Shown: positions 6,999-14,642 of the stretch, one piece after another
Numbering within the stretch: the stretch's first letter is position 1
Layout of the letters: every line of letters starts with the position of its first letter
Source of the DNA: Thermoanaerobaculia bacterium
GTDB lineage: Bacteria; Acidobacteriota; Thermoanaerobaculia; Multivoradales; UBA5704
Assembly: GCA_045807605.1 (NCBI GenBank)
Contig: JBJMGZ010000279.1
Span: 1 to 32,860 of the forward strand
Direction: 5' to 3'
Length of the DNA stretch: 32,860 nucleotides
Made by a program: the position numbers and the translations under genes
Notes under the pieces: generated by a model
The model's database searches: none
What the model saw: the letters and a program-made list of their open reading frames with translations, nothing else
What the model was told of the DNA's origin: nothing

Positions 6999-8879
6999 AT
7001 GTCTCGACCGCTCGTCGTGGCCGGCATGCACCGCTCCGGCACCTCCCTGGTCGCCTCCCTCGCGGCAGCGGCCGGCGTGGACATGGGCGAGCGGCTGATG
7101 GAAGCCGATCAGGCCAACCCGAGGGGCTACTTCGAGGACGTCGGCTTTCTCTCCCTGCAGCAGCGGATGCTCGCCGACTCCACGCCCGCGGACGACGGCG
7201 GGCACCGTGACTGGGGATGGACCGAGAGCGAGCGCCTCGACCGGGAAAGGTTCGCTCGGCACCAGGAGGAGGCCAGGAGCCTGATCGAAGCCGGCCGCCG
7301 CGCCGGCCGGCCGTGGGGCTGGAAGGACCCGCGCACGACGCTCGCCCTCGAATTCTGGGACGGGCTTCTGGGGGATGCCCGCTACCTGCTCGTCTATCGC
7401 TATCCCTGGGACGTCGCGGACTCGATGCAGCGGCTTGGCGCCGAGGTCTTCCTCCGCAACCCCGAGTACGCGTACCGGATCTGGGCCTTCTACAACCGCC
7501 ACCTCCTCGATTTCCACCGGCGCCACCGGGAGCGCTCGCTGCTGGTCGGCGTCAACGCCTTGATGCGCGACCCCGGCCGCTTCCGGATCCTCCTCGCGGA
7601 ACGGCTCGGCCTGGATCTCGCGCAGGAGCGGATGCGGGAGATCCTGGAGAACGGCCTGCTGCGGACGACCGGCGGCGCCGATCCCCTGATCGGGCTGGTG
7701 GCCGCGACCTCCCCGGAGGCCGTGCGGCTGCTGGCCGGGCTCGACGCGGAAGCCGACCTGCCGTCCACCGGCCTGTGGGAGGTCCGCCCCGCAAGCGAGC
7801 ACCGGGCGCTCTCCGTTCCCGGCGCGGCGCCGGTCCGCCTCTCGGTCGTGATCCCCTGCTACGACCATGGGGAGCTCCTGGTCGAAGCCGTGGCGAGCGC
7901 CGAGCGCAGCATCGCCGAGCTCTACGAGCTGATCGTGGTCGACGACGGCTCGCGGCAGCCGTGGACCCTGGAGGTGTTCGCCGCGCTGGAGGCCGCCGGC
8001 TATTTCGTCGTGCACCAGGAGAACCAGGGGCTCGCCGCGGCGCGCAACCGGGGGATTGAGCTGGCCACGGGCCGCTACGTCCTTCCGCTCGACTCCGACA
8101 ACCGGATCCTCCCCGGGTTTCCCGAGACGGCGGCGGGCATCCTCGACGAGGACCCGCGCGTGGGAGTGGTCTACGGCGACCGCCGCGAGCTCGGCCTGCG
8201 CGCGGGAGTGGTCCAGGTCCCGGAGTTCGATCTCGACTTGCTCCTGACCGGCAACTTCATCGACGCCTGCACCGTGATCCGCAAGAGCGCCTGGTCCGAG
8301 TGCGGCGGCTTCGACCGCAACATGCCCCATCAGGGCTGGGAGGACTGGGACTTCTGGCTCTCGGCGGCGGAGCAGGGGTGGGGCTTCCACCACCTGCCCT
8401 GGGCCACGTTCGAGTACAGGGTTCGTCCCGGATCGATGATCTGGCGCCTGGCCAGCCCGGAGGTGGGGAGGCCCTTGCAGGGCTACATCGTCGAGAAGCA
8501 TCGGGATCTTTACTTGAGGCGCCTGCCGCAGCTCCTGATGAGCGTGCAAGCAGCCCAGCGCGAATCGCGGAGCCTTCTCGACGAGGCTGCCCGCCTGCGG
8601 CGCGAGTCCGAGGCCCTCGCGCGGGAGCGGGAGGCGCTAGCGGAGGAGCGGGAGGTGCTTGCGGGGGAGCGGTATACCCTCGCCAAGGAACGGGAGAAGC
8701 TGGTCTCCCAGCGCGACGCGCTCCTCGCGGACCAGGAGCGCCTGCAGACCGAGCGCGACCTGCTCTACCGGGAGCTGGGCTTCTGGAGGGAGCGTGTGGC
8801 CTTCATGGAGAAGACCGCGGCATGGCGGTGGCGCGAGCGCTGGATCCGGTTCAAGGGCAGGTGGCGGCGCTCGGCCTGA
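6999..8879 (+). CDS. Sulfotransferase - GT2 glycosyltransferase fusion with C-terminal heptad-repeat coiled coil
   Basis: 626 aa. The N-terminus has 'VVAGMHRSGTSLV' (5'-PSB-like PAPS loop) and 'WGWKDPRTTL' (3'-PB-like). The middle has 'LSVVIPCYDHGE...LIVVDDGSRQ...LPLDSDN' (GT2). The C-terminus has 'LAREREALAEEREVLAGERYTLAKEREKLVSQRDAL'. Confidence 0.8.
   Translation: MSRPLVVAGMHRSGTSLVASLAAAAGVDMGERLMEADQANPRGYFEDVGFLSLQQRMLADSTPADDGGHRDWGWTESERLDRERFARHQEEARSLIEAGRRAGRPWGWKDPRTTLALEFWDGLLGDARYLLVYRYPWDVADSMQRLGAEVFLRNPEYAYRIWAFYNRHLLDFHRRHRERSLLVGVNALMRDPGRFRILLAERLGLDLAQERMREILENGLLRTTGGADPLIGLVAATSPEAVRLLAGLDAEADLPSTGLWEVRPASEHRALSVPGAAPVRLSVVIPCYDHGELLVEAVASAERSIAELYELIVVDDGSRQPWTLEVFAALEAAGYFVVHQENQGLAAARNRGIELATGRYVLPLDSDNRILPGFPETAAGILDEDPRVGVVYGDRRELGLRAGVVQVPEFDLDLLLTGNFIDACTVIRKSAWSECGGFDRNMPHQGWEDWDFWLSAAEQGWGFHHLPWATFEYRVRPGSMIWRLASPEVGRPLQGYIVEKHRDLYLRRLPQLLMSVQAAQRESRSLLDEAARLRRESEALAREREALAEEREVLAGERYTLAKEREKLVSQRDALLADQERLQTERDLLYRELGFWRERVAFMEKTAAWRWRERWIRFKGRWRRSA
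8616..8720 (+). repeat. Five tandem 21-nt (heptad) coding repeats L-A-x-E-R-E-x
   Basis: In-frame units start at 8616, 8637, 8658, 8679 and 8700. They encode LAREREA / LAEEREV / LAGERYT / LAKEREK / LVSQRDA. Nucleotide similarity is visible in the first units (gagcgggaggcgct / gagcgggaggtgct). Confidence 0.65.
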
Positions 8880-8908
8880 CTCTGCGCCGCCACCTGGATT
8901 CCCGGTCC

Positions 8909-9838
8909 TTACTGCTTCGGAATATCGGCGTCGGTCGGGGCACCGGTATCGGCGTTCATGACATCGCCGAAGGTGACGATGTGACCGCCCCCGGAGGTGG
9001 CCAGACCGGTGCCGTTGCCGGCGATCATGCAGTCGCTGACCCGGACCGTGGCATTGGGGTTGTCCGACTTCACGCCGTTCAAGTTCCCGGTCGAGACGCA
9101 ACTGAAGAGATTCAGGGTCACCCCGGTCGCATTCGAGACGGCGATGAAGCCCGAGGCGGTGGTGTTGCCGATCGCGCTGCTGTCCTTGGCCGTCACCTTG
9201 CTGTTGTCCTCGACGCGGAGGCCCTGGAAGTTGTTGTTCAGCCGAGTGTTCTCAACCACCCCCACCGCCGAGACGTTGGTGCCCGGCTTGATACGGATCC
9301 CGCCGCTCGAAGCGCCCAGGTTGTTGCGGATGATCGTATCGTTGACGTGGAGCTGGCTGGTAACGGTCGTGGCGCTCGTGGGGACGAAGTCGATTCCCCA
9401 CTGGGTGAAGTGATGGATCGTGCAGTTCTCGACGTCGACGGCGCCGGCCGACAGGACCTTGATCCCGGCGAGACCCGTGCCCAGGCCCTCGATGTCGAGC
9501 CCGCGCAGGATGATACGGTCCGTGTTCGCGGCATTGATGATGATGGCGTTGGTGCCCGATACGAGCACGCCGGCCTCGAATCCCTCGGAGGAGATCGTGA
9601 TGGACTTGGTGATCGTCACCCCGCCGAAGCCACCGGGATCGAGGACGTTGATCTCGCCCCCGGCAGCGGTCTTCGAGATCGCGCCCGCGAACGTCTTGCA
9701 GGGCGCCGTGCGGCTGCAGGGGTTGGCGTCGTCGCCGACTCCCGACACCCAGGTGCGGGTCGCCTGAGCCTGCGCTGCGGCGCTCAGGGTCAGAAGGACA
9801 AGGAACGACAGCAGAGCGTGAACGGATGTTCTCTTCAT
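8909..9838 (-). CDS. Secreted right-handed parallel beta-helix repeat protein
   Basis: The ATG at 9838 is preceded by AGGAGGAGAG. The signal peptide is 'MKRTSVHALLSFLVLLTLSAAAQA'. The N-terminal cap 'TWVSGVGDDANPCSRTAPCKTFAGAI' is typical of this family. Repetitive Asn/Gly/Thr/Ile-rich coils follow ('IENCTI', 'NDTIIRNN', 'ENTRLNNN'). The track start at 9901 adds 21 residues with no SD. Confidence 0.8.
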   Translation of the reverse strand: MKRTSVHALLSFLVLLTLSAAAQAQATRTWVSGVGDDANPCSRTAPCKTFAGAISKTAAGGEINVLDPGGFGGVTITKSITISSEGFEAGVLVSGTNAIIINAANTDRIILRGLDIEGLGTGLAGIKVLSAGAVDVENCTIHHFTQWGIDFVPTSATTVTSQLHVNDTIIRNNLGASSGGIRIKPGTNVSAVGVVENTRLNNNFQGLRVEDNSKVTAKDSSAIGNTTASGFIAVSNATGVTLNLFSCVSTGNLNGVKSDNPNATVRVSDCMIAGNGTGLATSGGGHIVTFGDVMNADTGAPTDADIPKQ

Positions 9839-9878
9839 GAGACTCTCCTCCTTGGGAATCAATAGAGCCCGGTTCAGA

Positions 9879-9908
9879 TTGACAAGGCAGTCTGAGTCCA
9901 ACTATAGG
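9879..9908 (+). promoter_or_regulatory. Candidate sigma70-type promoter for the methyltransferase gene
   Basis: TTGACA (9879-9884), an 18-nt spacer and TATAGG (9903-9908) lie in a relatively AT-rich 135-bp divergent intergenic region. This is sequence resemblance only. Confidence 0.35.
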
Positions 9909-9973
9909 ACCCCTTTGGTGCTACGTCAACAGAGGCGCGCCAGGGCCACAGAGTGTTACAGGGGATCGCATCG

Positions 9974-10660
9974 ATGATGGAATTTGACCGCTTGCCAAAT
10001 CAGTACTCCAGGCAGCTCTCGGCGGAGGAGATCGCCGCAGGAAACCACCGCGAGTTCGTAGGGGGGCTCTGGGACCACCTCGGAATCCTCCAGCTCGGGT
10101 TCCTGATCGGCCGCGGGCTGCGGCCGCCGCTGCGGCTGCTCGACCTGGGATGCGGGTGTCTGCGCGGCGGCGTCCACTTCGTCCGGTACCTGGAGCCCGG
10201 CCACTACTTTGGCGTGGACGTCAACGAGTCCCTGTTGATCGCGGGGGAACAGGAGCTGGAAAGGGAGGGGCTGCGCGAGCGGCTCCCGCCGGGCAACCTG
10301 CTTGCGAACGGTGCCTTCGAAGGCTGGCGGTTCGGCGTGGATTTCGACTTCGTCCTGGCGCAATCGGTATTCACGCACCTGCCGGCCGTCTGGCTGCGTC
10401 ACTGCCTCGGCGAGCTCACCCGCTGCGTCCGGCCAGGGGGGCAGTTCTACGTCACCTACTTCGAGTGTCCCGCGGATTGGCCGGAGCTGCCGCGGACGTA
10501 CGAGCCGCACGGGGGCACGACGTACCCGGACCGCGATCCATTTCACTATCGCGTCGAAGATCTGCGGCGCTGCGCCGAAGGCCTGCCCTGGCGCCTCGAG
10601 CCTCTCGGAAGCTGGGGGCATCCGCGAGGTCAGCACATGGCGCTGTACGTGCGGGAGTAG
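9974..10660 (+). CDS. Class I SAM-dependent methyltransferase
   Basis: Motif I is 'LLDLGCGCLRGG', followed by 'YFGVDVN' and 'PGGQFYVTY'. The start could be GTG 9953, ATG 9974 or ATG 9977, all in frame. The stop is 3 nt from the convergent FG-GAP gene stop. Confidence 0.8.
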   Translation: MMEFDRLPNQYSRQLSAEEIAAGNHREFVGGLWDHLGILQLGFLIGRGLRPPLRLLDLGCGCLRGGVHFVRYLEPGHYFGVDVNESLLIAGEQELEREGLRERLPPGNLLANGAFEGWRFGVDFDFVLAQSVFTHLPAVWLRHCLGELTRCVRPGGQFYVTYFECPADWPELPRTYEPHGGTTYPDRDPFHYRVEDLRRCAEGLPWRLEPLGSWGHPRGQHMALYVRE

Positions 10661-10663
10661 CCC

Positions 10664-12562
10664 CTACTGGAAATATCCGTTCACATCCAGGATCAGGTGG
10701 ACGCTCCCCGGGGCCGTCAGGGTGGCGCCGGCGGTGAGGACGCCATCGGCTCCCAGCACCAGGAGCGCGTTATTGGCCCGCGTCTGCCCGGTGTTGAAGT
10801 TGATGATGGTGGACACCGGGAGCTGGCAGCCGGGGGAGAAGCGGACGTACCCCGCGCCCGTGGACCCGACCACGGTGATATTGAGCGACAGCGCCTTGGC
10901 AGTGACCGGCACGCCGCAGATCCCGGTCAGGGCGAAGCTGCGCACCGCGCCGGAGGACAGGGCGGGCCCTCCGAGCGGCCCCTGGGCATTGCGGGTGTCC
11001 ACGAGGCGGCATGGGGTGAGCGTAAAGAAGTCGGGAGCCGGCGTCGCCCCGCCGCAGGAGCCCAGGCAGGGGCCGGTCCCCGGCACCACGCCGCGCCGGT
11101 CCGGGCTCTGGTGGAAGAAGCCCCAGGGCGGCGTCGAGGTGCGGTTGACCGGGTTCCAGGCGTGCACCACGGTGATCGTCTGCGTGGGGAAGTCCCGCGC
11201 GGAGACCGCCAGGACCTCGATCTTGCTGTCCGAGCCGTCCGTCTCCAGGTCGGTCACGGCCACGCCCGTGAGCGAGTCCTGGGTCATCAGGTTGGGCTTC
11301 GACAGGTCGTCCGGGAAGTTGTCGGTCTCGGTGAGCTGCACGCCCGCCGTGGTGAAGATCGCCACCTCGCCGTTGGTGGGCACCAGGATCTCCAGAACGG
11401 TGTCGCCGAGCACGTCGCCCACGACCGGCTCGCCGGCGCTGAGGCTCTGCCCGAAGAAGTCCTTGACCACGGTGGAGAAGATCTGGCTGCCGTTGCCCTG
11501 GAAGGCGTAGACGTGGAACTGGGTGCTCGAGCGGGTGTTGTCCGCGGTCGCGACCACCTCCAGCTCCGGGTCGCCGTCGAGGTTGACGAGCGCCGGCGAG
11601 GATTGGACCTGCCCCGAGACCGTCACCGGCCAACCGGGCACGGCCGAGCCGTCGCACTTCCAGGCGTAGAGCCGCTCCAACCGGTTGGGGAAGAAGGTGC
11701 CGGTGCCATGCACGATCTCGGGCTTGCCGTCGCCGTCGATGTCGCCCACGGCCGGCGAGCTGCTCACGACCTGGTCGATCTCCTTCGGGAAGCCCGGCAG
11801 CTCGGTGCCGTCGAAGTGCAGGACGCGCAGCCGCCCGCCGCTGGTCAGGTAGTAGTCGGTGCCGATGATGATGTCCAGCTTGCCGTCGCCGTCCATGTCG
11901 TGGAGGGCGGGCGACGAGAAGACCGTGTCCATCATGTCCTTGGGCCAGATCGCCGCGTTGTTCGACAGCCCGTTCTCGCCGTTGACCACGTAGAGCTTGT
12001 GGTCGAGCCCCCCGAACACCACCTCCATGGTGCCGTCGCCGTCCACGTCGCCGATGGCGGGCGTGGACATGACCGGGTCGCGGAAGCCGTTGGCCGGCCC
12101 CGGCGTGACGTCGCCCGTCAGCACCTCCCAGAGCAGGCCGCCGTCCCGGCCGTACGCCCGCGCTCCGCCATGGCCGAGGCCCTGCGTCTCGACCGAGCCG
12201 TAGCCCACGACGATATCGGGCGCGGAGTCGCCGTTCACGTCGCCCACGGCCGGGCTGGAGTAGATGTGATTGGGAAGCTGCTGCGGCCAGCCGGCCGCCG
12301 CGCCCCAGCTTCCGTTGCTGTTGTGCTTCACCACGTACAGCTTGCCGTTGCGCAGGCCGAACACGATGGACCTGTAGCCGGGGGTGAGGCCGAGGTCCGC
12401 GGCCAGGACCTGGCTCCCCACGGGAGCGGCCTGGTCTGCCGTCTGGCCCGCGAACTCCACGGGGAAACCCGGCTTGACCGCGGGCGCGTTCTGGCCCGCG
12501 GCGAATGCCGGCAGAAGGAGCAGGGCGGAGCCGGCCGCCCAGGCCCGGATCTTCGTAAGCAT
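10664..12562 (-). CDS. Secreted FG-GAP/VCBS-repeat beta-propeller protein with C-terminal 'TPCR' domain
   Basis: The signal peptide is 'MLTKIRAWAAGSALLLLPAFAAGQ'; an alternative GTG start lies at 12583. Seven calcium-loop-like repeats are present ('GDVNGDSAPDIVVG', 'GDVDGDGTMEVVFG', 'HDMDGDGKLDIIIG', 'GDIDGDGKPEIVHG', 'NLDGDPELEVVA', 'GDVLGDTVLEILV', 'TDLETDGSDSKIEVLA'). The last ~125 aa, 'FFTLTPCRLVDTR...GICGVPVTAKALSLNITVV...HLILDVNGYFQ', match the 6411-6890 product. Confidence 0.85.
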   Translation of the reverse strand: MLTKIRAWAAGSALLLLPAFAAGQNAPAVKPGFPVEFAGQTADQAAPVGSQVLAADLGLTPGYRSIVFGLRNGKLYVVKHNSNGSWGAAAGWPQQLPNHIYSSPAVGDVNGDSAPDIVVGYGSVETQGLGHGGARAYGRDGGLLWEVLTGDVTPGPANGFRDPVMSTPAIGDVDGDGTMEVVFGGLDHKLYVVNGENGLSNNAAIWPKDMMDTVFSSPALHDMDGDGKLDIIIGTDYYLTSGGRLRVLHFDGTELPGFPKEIDQVVSSSPAVGDIDGDGKPEIVHGTGTFFPNRLERLYAWKCDGSAVPGWPVTVSGQVQSSPALVNLDGDPELEVVATADNTRSSTQFHVYAFQGNGSQIFSTVVKDFFGQSLSAGEPVVGDVLGDTVLEILVPTNGEVAIFTTAGVQLTETDNFPDDLSKPNLMTQDSLTGVAVTDLETDGSDSKIEVLAVSARDFPTQTITVVHAWNPVNRTSTPPWGFFHQSPDRRGVVPGTGPCLGSCGGATPAPDFFTLTPCRLVDTRNAQGPLGGPALSSGAVRSFALTGICGVPVTAKALSLNITVVGSTGAGYVRFSPGCQLPVSTIINFNTGQTRANNALLVLGADGVLTAGATLTAPGSVHLILDVNGYFQ

Positions 12563-12611
12563 ATCGTGAGGAAAGTATACCACGCCCTCCTCAAGGGCGA
12601 TCCGGGGGGTT

Positions 12612-14615
12612 CTATTCCCGGGGCTCGCAGCCCGCGGCGAGGACCTGCACCGACAGCTCGCGCGGGTCGAACGATCCCGGGAGCAGGTCGATCGGCCGCC
12701 AGGCGCGGTCGCTCTCCAGCACGAGATGGACGCGCCGGCCGGCCCCGAGCCGCACCAGGAAGGGGAGGGCGTCGAGGCGGTAGAGGTTCGGCGCCGCGCC
12801 CTGGAGCTGGACCGTGCCCACGGGGGCCGGCCAGCCGATGCCCTCGTCGACCACCGACACCTGGACGGCCAGGGGGCCCGCCTGCAGGGCCTCCGGCGCC
12901 GTGGCGAGCACGAGCACCAGCTCGCGGCAGGAGAGGGTCAGCCCGAGCTCGCCGCGCTTCGCCATCCAGCGGTAGCTCCCCTCCCAGTCGTAGAAACCGG
13001 CCAGCGCCGCCTCCGGCTGCGCCGCCTGGCGGAAGTCGACATACGAGGTGGTGTGGGCGTCCACCAGGCGGCCGTCCCGGATCGAGAGGTAGGGGAGCGG
13101 AGCGCCGATCTCCCGCGCCCAGGCTTCGAGCACCGGGTTGAGGAGGCGGGCGTCGCGCTCGCTCACCGGACCCTTGGCGAGGCGCAGCCGCGCGCCCGGT
13201 CCCCGGCCGATGACGTGCAGCAGGGTGCGGGTGGTGACGTGGCCGTTGTGGACGTCCGGGAACCAGATCGACGTGTCCGGCACCTGGAGCGGGGGGGACC
13301 CCGCAGGCAGGGCGCGGGCCGCGGCGTGCAGGCGGTCCGCCAGGAGCCCGAGCTGCTCGAAGCGCGCCTCGTGCGCGTCGTAGACGCCGAAGGGGATGCG
13401 CCCGAGCATGGCCCGCCGGTGCAGCACAAGCTCGGCGCAGAGCCCCGCGGCCACGAGCAGCAGCAGGGCCGCGCGGGAGCGCCGCGGCCATTGCCTTAGA
13501 TGCCCGGCCACCGCGGCGGCGGCGGCCCCCGCGAGCAGCGAGAGGGGGACCAGGAGGGTGAAGAAGTAGCGGTCCGCGTCATAGAGGTCCCAGTAGCTCC
13601 AGCGCCAGCGGCCGAGGCCGACCAGGCCCACGACACCCAGGGGGCCGACCGCGAGGAGCGCCGCGATCCCGGCCAGCCGGGGCGCGCCGCGGCGCCAGAG
13701 GGCGAGGAGCAGGGCGGTGATGGGAGCGCCCACGGCCAGGCCGAGCAAGCTGCCCAAGAGCGCCGTCGCCAGCCCCGGGCTGGAGGCCGTGATCGGGATG
13801 CCTGGCACGAACAGGCGGAACGGCGCGACCAGCAGGAGGAAAGCGGCGCGCGGTACGCCGTGCCAGGGGCTCAGCGACAGTCCCGGGCCGAAGGTCCGCG
13901 TATAGAAGAACGAGGCGAGGGCCGCCACCGCGACCGTCGCGGCGATGCAGAAGACAGAGAAGAGCCCCAGCGGCCGGCGGGGCCTGCCCTGGCGCCACCG
14001 CTCGTGCTCGTCCAGGAGCAGGGGGAGAGCCGCCATGGGGGCGAGGGTGCTCTCGGTGAGGAGCGCCGCGAGCAGGGCCGCCCCCGCGATCAGGCGGGCG
14101 CGCCGGACCCCGAGCCGGTCCCGCCAGGCCAGGACCGCCAGGCTGCCGGTCAGGAGGGCCATGGCGAACGGCACCGTCGATCCCGAGGGGAACCAGATCC
14201 ACATGGAGGAGAACCCGCAGGCGCCCACATAGGTGAGGCCCGCGGCCAGGCCGGCGGCGGCGGACCCGCTGTAGCGCCGGGCCAGGAGCCCCAGGAAGAA
14301 CGCTGAGGCGGCATGGGCGGCTAGCACGAACAGGCGGAAGGGGAACGCCTGGATGCCGAAGAGCTTCAGGCTCGCATGCAGGACGAGGCGGAAGCCGGTG
14401 ACGAGGTGCTCCCCCTGGGGGCGCAGGAGGAGCGAGAGGAACCCGCGCTCGCCGGCCATGGCGTCCGCCGCCTGGTTGATGTAGTCGACGTCGTCGTAGG
14501 CCCAGGATCTGCCCAGGGTGGGGAAGTACAGCAGCAGGGCCAGGGCGAAGACGGCGGCGGCCAGGAGGACGGCGAACCGCCCGGTCCGCGGCCCGGCGGA
14601 AGGATTCTCAGTCAT
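12612..14615 (-). CDS. GT-C-like polytopic membrane protein (putative glycosyltransferase) with C-terminal soluble domain
   Basis: 667 aa. 'WAYDDVDYINQ' lies directly after TM1. About 10 or more hydrophobic helices follow, then a ~230-aa non-membrane C-terminus ('GFYDWEGSYRWMAKRGELGLTL...'). The family call rests on topology and motif position only. Confidence 0.6.
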   Translation of the reverse strand: MTENPSAGPRTGRFAVLLAAAVFALALLLYFPTLGRSWAYDDVDYINQAADAMAGERGFLSLLLRPQGEHLVTGFRLVLHASLKLFGIQAFPFRLFVLAAHAASAFFLGLLARRYSGSAAAGLAAGLTYVGACGFSSMWIWFPSGSTVPFAMALLTGSLAVLAWRDRLGVRRARLIAGAALLAALLTESTLAPMAALPLLLDEHERWRQGRPRRPLGLFSVFCIAATVAVAALASFFYTRTFGPGLSLSPWHGVPRAAFLLLVAPFRLFVPGIPITASSPGLATALLGSLLGLAVGAPITALLLALWRRGAPRLAGIAALLAVGPLGVVGLVGLGRWRWSYWDLYDADRYFFTLLVPLSLLAGAAAAAVAGHLRQWPRRSRAALLLLVAAGLCAELVLHRRAMLGRIPFGVYDAHEARFEQLGLLADRLHAAARALPAGSPPLQVPDTSIWFPDVHNGHVTTRTLLHVIGRGPGARLRLAKGPVSERDARLLNPVLEAWAREIGAPLPYLSIRDGRLVDAHTTSYVDFRQAAQPEAALAGFYDWEGSYRWMAKRGELGLTLSCRELVLVLATAPEALQAGPLAVQVSVVDEGIGWPAPVGTVQLQGAAPNLYRLDALPFLVRLGAGRRVHLVLESDRAWRPIDLLPGSFDPRELSVQVLAAGCEPRE

Positions 14616-14642
14616 TGCGGGGGCCTATTCTAGGACACGAGC

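Noticed and set aside
6891-8549. N-terminal 550 residues of the 712-aa ORF 6411-8549 (-).
   Set aside because: This part is RGPA/E-rich shadow, antisense to the sulfotransferase-GT2 gene. A GTG with a strong GGAGGAGG SD and a signal peptide begins at 6890, so only 6411-6890 is called.
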